From an uncultured virus (IMG/VR IMGVR_UViG_3300046103_003349) (Duplodnaviria; Heunggongvirae; Uroviricota; Caudoviricetes): DNA of 20,000 bases. The notes beneath the pieces are model-generated. The model was not told the origin of the DNA and ran no database searches. It saw only the letters and a program-made list of their open reading frames with translations. This document shows positions 14,898 through 20,000 of this stretch, piece by piece (within the stretch, counting starts at the first letter, position 1; each line of letters begins with the position of its first letter). The stretch lies in the IMG/VR virus record IMGVR_UViG_3300046103_003349; one strand, given 5' to 3'. The position numbers were made by a program, and so were the translations under genes.

Positions 14898-17203
14898 TAT
14901 AATATAGTAGATGAATTATTTAATTTACCTATTAATTCCTTTAGCCTTACACCCTCTCCTGTTTTCTTCATTTTTTCTGAAAAGTCGTTATTATAGTAGC
15001 CTTCTAGTATTGGTTTAACTTCAGGACTACTTAAAAAATTCCATTCTTTTTCGTAGCTTCCTCCCTTTTTTGATTCTTGTAAGAAGAGAATATATTTGTC
15101 ATTATCTTCTAAAATAATTCCTATTATATTTATTAATACTCCTTGTAAATAATATTTTCTATACAATGCAAAAGATAATGAATTATAATAACTATAATAT
15201 TTACCATATAAAGATTGAGATTCCACTTGTTTTCTTTGTTGTGGCTTCATACCTTTAAGTTTTTTATTACTTGCTCCAAACATTAACTCTTCAGTTTGTT
15301 CTTTATCAGCACTTAAAGTATGAGTATTTCCTTCCCCTGCTTGATTTAAAAAGTTATCAAAAAATTTATCAATTCTTAGAAGTTGTGAATTAAATAAATC
15401 TGTGTCTAATTTTCTATCTAATCTTAAATTTAACATTATTTGCTGATATATAAATGGTATCATTTTATCTCCTACTGATGATATTTGGTCGTAATCTCCT
15501 GCCTCATTTATGTTTGATGCCTCTATGTGGCTTAATGCTTGTTCAGTCCAATTAGATAGTGCAGATGGGTTTCCTATTGTTAGTTGGTATTTATCTTGTA
15601 ATTCTCCTTTTAATGCCTCAAAATATATGTCTTTTCTTTCTTTATATGTTTGAATTATTTCTTTTCTTAATCTCATCAATGGAGTCAATGTCCCTCCCCC
15701 AACTTTAGTTGCCCCTGCCATAACAGATTGATAATCTCCTTCTTGAAAAATATATAATTCTTTTGCTAAACACAAATATAATTCAACCATATCTTTAAGT
15801 AATGATTGCACTCCTTCATCTTTAGCAATATCTCCTCCTAAATAATTATCTCTCCATATTTGTCCAAATGCAGTTTTATTAAAAAGTTCTTTTGTGTTAC
15901 TTCTTAAATTAATTTCAGCAGACTCAAAATTATTATTTTCTGCCTTTAATATCTTTTGGAAATAAGAGTTAAAGTTTTGATATATAAAGTTTCCATCTAT
16001 GTCTGTTTTATTTAACATTTTAGGTAAAAAACTATATTGCCATTGCAGATTTACCTCATCAAGAAAAGCAATCTTTCTTAATAAAAGCCCTACATTCATT
16101 CTATTTGGCAGAAACTCATCTACACAATTCATTATTTGAGAAACTTCATCCTTAGGTGGATATAATGACATAGTGCTTCTCATTATAATTTGACAAAATC
16201 TTCTAAATAATGCTCCCTCTATATCTTTAGTAGCATTTGCTATACCAATAATTCTACAATCCAATAAAGGCAAACCTTTTTTAATCTGTGTACGAATTAA
16301 ATCTGCCATAGAACGATAAGAACCATATTCTACTTCCAAAGGAATAGGCATACCTTTTTTATCATTAATTTCTTTCATTGTCCAACTTTTCAATGTTCTT
16401 TCACGAACAATATGTAAAAGTGGAGCATATTTCTCAGTTTCGCCTTCTCCTACTTTGTCTAATTCATCAAGTATCAACCAATAATTACCATAGCCTAATA
16501 AAGTACATAAATACATACACATATCTCTTATGTCATCTCTTCCTGCCTCATCAGTATCTAAAGTATATTCATATGCCGTACTTGACTGTATATCAGTTTC
16601 TTTACTTCTTTTAAATTCAAAACCTTTAGAATTTAATATTTGTTTAGTACCTTTATTATCTGATAAAGTATTAAATCCATCATCAACCAAATTTACTAAA
16701 AGTTTATTTTCATTTGGAGGATATTTAATATCCATTAAGCAAATTAATATCTGATGCAATATTTTATATGAATATGTAAACTCAGTTCCCACCTTATCAT
16801 ATATCTTAATATAATTATCAAATATTCTTTGTCCGTTTGCTACTTGAGTTGAGATAGTGTTAGAATTAGGAAACCAATATGGTTTAAGAAATTTTAATAT
16901 ATCATCTCCTTGTTTTGTTGTTTGCCCCTTATCATTTTTTTTAGTTTCATAATCACTACTTATTAGTTTGGCTAAACCCTCAATATTTTCAGGTTTTTCA
17001 GAGCCTATGTAAAGAATTGATGAAGGTACTCTCCATTTTTCTGTTACCTCTATAATTGTGTATGATTTTCCAATAGAAGATTTACCTACTACCAATACGG
17101 GTATATCATATCTTACAAGTTGCAAGATTGTTTTTAAAGTATCAGTTCCTACTTTTTCTAATTCTGCTTTTTGTTTTTTTATTTCGCCTTTATCTCTTGC
17201 CAT
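14897..17203 (-). CDS. MoxR/AAA_5 (dynein-related)-like AAA+ ATPase, 768 aa, with large insertions and a long helical C-terminal extension
   Basis: Walker A VLVVGKSSIGKS (aa 40-47); ENIEGL and KPYWFP family motifs; Walker B WLILDELDK (aa 242-250); sensor I IIGIAN; Arg finger ALFRRF. Adjacent to peptidase and vWA genes, as is typical for MoxR systems. Confidence 0.88.
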   Translation of the reverse strand: MARDKGEIKKQKAELEKVGTDTLKTILQLVRYDIPVLVVGKSSIGKSYTIIEVTEKWRVPSSILYIGSEKPENIEGLAKLISSDYETKKNDKGQTTKQGDDILKFLKPYWFPNSNTISTQVANGQRIFDNYIKIYDKVGTEFTYSYKILHQILICLMDIKYPPNENKLLVNLVDDGFNTLSDNKGTKQILNSKGFEFKRSKETDIQSSTAYEYTLDTDEAGRDDIRDMCMYLCTLLGYGNYWLILDELDKVGEGETEKYAPLLHIVRERTLKSWTMKEINDKKGMPIPLEVEYGSYRSMADLIRTQIKKGLPLLDCRIIGIANATKDIEGALFRRFCQIIMRSTMSLYPPKDEVSQIMNCVDEFLPNRMNVGLLLRKIAFLDEVNLQWQYSFLPKMLNKTDIDGNFIYQNFNSYFQKILKAENNNFESAEINLRSNTKELFNKTAFGQIWRDNYLGGDIAKDEGVQSLLKDMVELYLCLAKELYIFQEGDYQSVMAGATKVGGGTLTPLMRLRKEIIQTYKERKDIYFEALKGELQDKYQLTIGNPSALSNWTEQALSHIEASNINEAGDYDQISSVGDKMIPFIYQQIMLNLRLDRKLDTDLFNSQLLRIDKFFDNFLNQAGEGNTHTLSADKEQTEELMFGASNKKLKGMKPQQRKQVESQSLYGKYYSYYNSLSFALYRKYYLQGVLINIIGIILEDNDKYILFLQESKKGGSYEKEWNFLSSPEVKPILEGYYNNDFSEKMKKTGEGVRLKELIGKLNNSSTIL

Positions 17204-17204
17204 T

Positions 17205-17792
17205 TTATCTTATTGTTAATTTATCACAATTGTCGTTAATTTCACCTATATCAAGCATTTGACCCATACATTCATCATTTAAACACTCTACGCTCATTAC
17301 AGCCCCTTTTTTGTTTGATGCATCTATTACTGCTTGTATGTAATATTTGTATGTGTGTGAATTAGAAAATTCATCATCAATTTTTATATTATCTATATTT
17401 AATAATTCAGTATTATAATAATTTGGCTTTAATTTTATCTGACCAATTTTTTTATTATCTCCTGCACCTGAAACATAAAAATCATATTGATTACTATTTT
17501 TGGAATATCTGTTACAGATGGTTGGCTCGTACATAATACCACCTTTTTTAAATATTGTAATTTTCGCTCCTTTGTCAAAACTTACTCCATTTCCATCTAT
17601 TTCGTTAATTGCTGATGCAATTTCTCTTGGAGTTCCTTCAACTTTAAATTTTCTATCATCAGCCATTGATTTTTTATTAATTATGGCTTCACCTCCTTCA
17701 ACCTCTATTTTTTGACCTGTTGACTTGACTGTCATTGGTATTCCTCCATCTTGATGTGATGGTCCTTTTGTAAATCCTCCTTTTGCTTTCAT
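17205..17792 (-). CDS. 195-aa two-module protein: N-terminal GPSHxxGG...EGGE module plus a degenerate GNAT-like C-terminal module
   Basis: Start reassigned from TTG 17834 to ATG 17792 (MKAKGGFTKGPSHQDGGIP...EVEGGEAIIN), because the upstream extension contains the promoter boxes. C-terminal KIGQIKL...LNIDNIKIDDEF...IQAVIDASNKKG follows a GNAT beta3-beta4-alpha3 pattern. Confidence 0.75.
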   Translation of the reverse strand: MKAKGGFTKGPSHQDGGIPMTVKSTGQKIEVEGGEAIINKKSMADDRKFKVEGTPREIASAINEIDGNGVSFDKGAKITIFKKGGIMYEPTICNRYSKNSNQYDFYVSGAGDNKKIGQIKLKPNYYNTELLNIDNIKIDDEFSNSHTYKYYIQAVIDASNKKGAVMSVECLNDECMGQMLDIGEINDNCDKLTIR

Positions 17793-17799
17793 AATAAAA

Positions 17800-17807
17800 C
17801 AAAAATA
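17800..17807 (-). promoter_or_regulatory. Putative Bacteroidota sigma-A -7 element (TATTTTTG) for the long minus-strand operon
   Basis: Matches TAnnTTTG, 7 nt upstream of ATG 17792, in the only divergent intergenic region. No canonically spaced -33 element found. Confidence 0.5.
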
Positions 17808-17812
17808 TAAAA

Positions 17813-17828
17813 TATATTTGTATATTTG
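17813..17828 (+). promoter_or_regulatory. Two tandem TATATTTG boxes (Bacteroidota -7 element) upstream of the plus-strand gene
   Basis: TATATTTG at 17813-17820 and 17821-17828, both matching TAnnTTTG; about 66 nt upstream of ATG 17895. Confidence 0.55.
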
Positions 17829-17894
17829 AACCAATATTATAACAAGTTTTATGACTTTTTAATCAAAACTTGAAAAATAAAAAAAATTATTTTT

Positions 17895-18113
17895 ATGAAA
17901 AATGGCAAAGTTTTACCCTCACAATTTACGACAGATAATGGAGAAATATCTCCAATTAGTGTAGCCTTTTTTGGATTAACTCTTGCAGTTATTTTTTATC
18001 AACTCACATTCTATCGTAAGTGGCTAAAATCAATTGACCATAGCAAAGAATTAGGAGAAAGAATGGATAGATTAGAATCTAAAAATCCCAAAAATAATTC
18101 ATCAACTTCTTAG
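17895..18113 (+). CDS. Small single-pass membrane protein, 72 aa
   Basis: A-rich leader (AAAAATAAAAAAAATTATTTTT-ATG); one hydrophobic segment ISVAFFGLTLAVIFYQLTFY followed by a charged helix; has its own promoter boxes. Confidence 0.7.
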   Translation: MKNGKVLPSQFTTDNGEISPISVAFFGLTLAVIFYQLTFYRKWLKSIDHSKELGERMDRLESKNPKNNSSTS

Positions 18114-18327
18114 TAATATTTTTTAACTTTTCTAACAACATTAACACACACAAAATCGTTAAAATAATAGCAAAATACACTACAAACGCAACCACACTAT
18201 AAGGGGTAATAATTATACAAATAGGAATAAATAGGTATGGATTTCGTATAATTTTTGGTCTTAAAAAATAAATTTGAGGTAAAATAATGCTTTTAAAATT
18301 TATTTTAAAGAATATTTTTTTTAACAT
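18079..18327 (-). CDS. Hydrophobic putative membrane protein, 82 aa
   Basis: Start overlaps the glycosyltransferase stop; long hydrophobic stretch (1-2 TM); overlaps the convergent 72-aa gene by 35 bp. Confidence 0.55.
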   Translation of the reverse strand: MLKKIFFKINFKSIILPQIYFLRPKIIRNPYLFIPICIIITPYSVVAFVVYFAIILTILCVLMLLEKLKNITKKLMNYFWDF

Positions 18328-19154
18328 ATCTTTAATTTATCTTCTACTATTTCTAAACCAACCTCTATTGCTCCTCCAACCCACGGTATTACTCCTCCAT
18401 CTCCATCTTTGTAGTTAATGAATCTTTCAACAACTTTCTCATAACCTGCTTCAGCTTTTTCGTGCTGCTTAAAGGAGGTATTATTTAACTTTCTGCGTAA
18501 ACTCTCTTCCCCACTTCTTATATAAGAATAATGGTGCATTTTAATATCTCTACTATTCAAAATTATAAAATCACCACAATCTATTGTTCTTGTTGGGTCA
18601 ACGAAAATTGGACTAACACCACCCCCATAGTTTCTTTCATCGCATTTAACTATAAATGATATATATCCTAATGTTATACTTCTTTGCTTGGTGGCTTTCA
18701 TAAATCCTTTTTTAGAAATAACAAGATTAGGTTTCTTGTAGTAATTATCATACTGCACATAACTTGTATCATAGTTATTAGATATTACATAATCTTTTGC
18801 TTTTTCAAATTCTTCAGAAATAAACATTTCATCACAATCCATCGTTATATGATGAGTGCAATTACCCACCTTAACACATATATCTCTACCTATATTTCTT
18901 TTTATTATTTCATTGATTTCTCCTCGCCCCCTTCCATCTATTTTTTTTGGGTTATAATGATATAAATAGTCTATTAGACCTCTTTTCTTCAAATCAAATA
19001 GAAAAGGCTCTAAATCATCTCTATACTGCCCATAATTAGATGTAGTTTGATAAACTACACATATAAAATCTACATTTTCTCTAATACATAGAATTGAGTT
19101 TTCTAAATGCTCTTCTCCATCAAAAACATTGTAACTAACTCCTAAATTTCCCAT
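18321..19154 (-). CDS. GT-A fold (family 2-like) glycosyltransferase, 277 aa
   Basis: N-terminal LGVSYNVFDGEEHLENSI...VDFICVV nucleotide-sugar binding pattern; EIIKRNIG; DxD motif ITMDCDE; late MHHYSY. Confidence 0.8.
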   Translation of the reverse strand: MGNLGVSYNVFDGEEHLENSILCIRENVDFICVVYQTTSNYGQYRDDLEPFLFDLKKRGLIDYLYHYNPKKIDGRGRGEINEIIKRNIGRDICVKVGNCTHHITMDCDEMFISEEFEKAKDYVISNNYDTSYVQYDNYYKKPNLVISKKGFMKATKQRSITLGYISFIVKCDERNYGGGVSPIFVDPTRTIDCGDFIILNSRDIKMHHYSYIRSGEESLRRKLNNTSFKQHEKAEAGYEKVVERFINYKDGDGGVIPWVGGAIEVGLEIVEDKLKIC

Positions 19155-19200
19155 ACACTTTTTCTTTTAAATTTTAACCATTTATATTTTAACCAATAAA

Positions 19201-19605
19201 TCAAATTCTATTTGGGTTATCCCGTATTGCACCCTTAACACTATGTTGAGGAATAACCTCACCTGTATCTTCTACATAATACCTGTGTTTTTCCTCCATT
19301 CCAAATTCGTTTTTTATTCTTTTTATCTTAATATCATTTCTTTTTACTAAAACTATTTTTTCTCCTATTATATCTGTATAAAATTTAGGCTTATTATCCA
19401 CCCCAACTCTTTTATTACTTCTAAGCCTAAACCAAATCTTTACAAAATCTGATTTAAAATAATTAACCTTTACAACATCAGATAAATGAAAATAAAATAA
19501 GATAGAGATAAAATATTCTTTCTTATTTCTGCTTTTAATTAATACAATATTAGTTATATCATCATTAATATTAGAGATAGAATATATTTTACCTGATACA
19601 ATCAT
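19201..19605 (-). CDS. OB-fold single-stranded DNA-binding-like protein (DUF3127-like), 134 aa
   Basis: MIVSGKIYSI...ISILFY...DFVKIWFRLRS...FYTDIIGEKI follows the SSB/DUF3127 strand pattern. TAATG overlap with the upstream gene. Confidence 0.55.
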   Translation of the reverse strand: MIVSGKIYSISNINDDITNIVLIKSRNKKEYFISILFYFHLSDVVKVNYFKSDFVKIWFRLRSNKRVGVDNKPKFYTDIIGEKIVLVKRNDIKIKRIKNEFGMEEKHRYYVEDTGEVIPQHSVKGAIRDNPNRI

Positions 19606-19982
19606 TAATTATTCTCATAGTATTGACTTGATGGTTCTTGGACTGTATGTCTATCCACCTTCTCAACGAAACAATCTAAATCATCGCAAAATTCACATTC
19701 ATTTTTGGGTAATAGCTTAATATAGAGAGATAAAATAATTTCTATATCTCTTCTATTTATTTTTCTTTCATAAATAAAATCTCTAATTGGCTCTTCTAAT
19801 TCAGGCATTATATATTGTGAAATATATTTAGTTCCACACAGATTTTCACTTTCTATTAACTTTTTGTCATTAATAATAGAATGGAATATTTTCCATAAAT
19901 ATTCTTTATCATCGGCTAATTCCTCAAATCTTTCCCATTCTTCTACTCCTATTTCTGTATTTATATTACACTTTATCTCCAT
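19605..19982 (-). CDS. Hypothetical protein, 125 aa, with C-terminal CxxC...C
   Basis: ATG start, acidic composition, CEFCDDLDC; translationally coupled to the downstream gene. Confidence 0.75.
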   Translation of the reverse strand: MEIKCNINTEIGVEEWERFEELADDKEYLWKIFHSIINDKKLIESENLCGTKYISQYIMPELEEPIRDFIYERKINRRDIEIILSLYIKLLPKNECEFCDDLDCFVEKVDRHTVQEPSSQYYENN

Positions 19983-20000
19983 ATTTATATATTCTTACTC

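Noticed and set aside
748..17715. Many plus-strand ORFs of 62-196 aa (for example 3000-3434, 7071-7424, 10863-11258, 13183-13773, 13774-14019)
   Set aside because: Antisense shadows of long minus-strand genes; their Ser/Phe/Leu/Ile-rich composition mirrors Glu/Lys/Asp codons on the coding strand, and they carry no motifs.
17793..17834. TTG start giving a 209-aa version of the first operon gene
   Set aside because: The extension is an atypical hydrophobic peptide overlapping the promoter boxes; ATG 17792 begins the MKAKGG module.
18684..18965. 93-aa plus-strand ORF
   Set aside because: Antisense to the glycosyltransferase, TTG start, no independent support.
1..20000. Stop-codon reassignment (as in some Bacteroidota phages)
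   Set aside because: Standard-code ORFs already tile nearly the whole window, including a 7.4-kb ORF; operon genes checked end in TAA and are immediately followed by the next start.
1..20000. tRNA, rRNA, intrinsic terminators, IS elements or integrase
   Set aside because: Intergenic space is minimal; no cloverleaf, GC-rich hairpin with U-tract, terminal inverted repeat or transposase/recombinase motif was seen.

Overview
Very AT-rich (under about 30% GC by eye), densely coding DNA that looks like a large dsDNA phage, probably of a Bacteroidota host. The evidence is TAnnTTTG promoter boxes, no Shine-Dalgarno motifs, TAATG stop/start overlaps and many orphan ORFs. No capsid or terminase hallmark gene lies in the window, so phage origin is inferred. 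Most of the window (about 17792 to beyond position 1) is one tightly coupled 12-gene minus-strand run. In order: a GPSHxxGG-motif protein with a degenerate GNAT-like tail; a MoxR-like AAA+ ATPase with large insertions; an HEXXH metallopeptidase; a small Cys-rich protein; a vWA (MIDAS) protein; a stand-alone N6-adenine MTase-fold protein lacking NPPY; three small ORFs; a 2486-aa DarB/COG4646-like SNF2 helicase; a 721-aa unknown; and a modular protein with repeated [FY]xxGG motifs that runs off the window and is missing from the ORF track. The right end holds a divergent small membrane-protein gene, a second hydrophobic ORF, a GT-A glycosyltransferase, an OB-fold/SSB-like protein and an unknown ORF. 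The best candidate novel system is the co-transcribed AAA + split peptidase/vWA module joined to a split DarB-like module whose MTase appears catalytically degenerate. All family assignments come from motif recognition by eye, not database searches.
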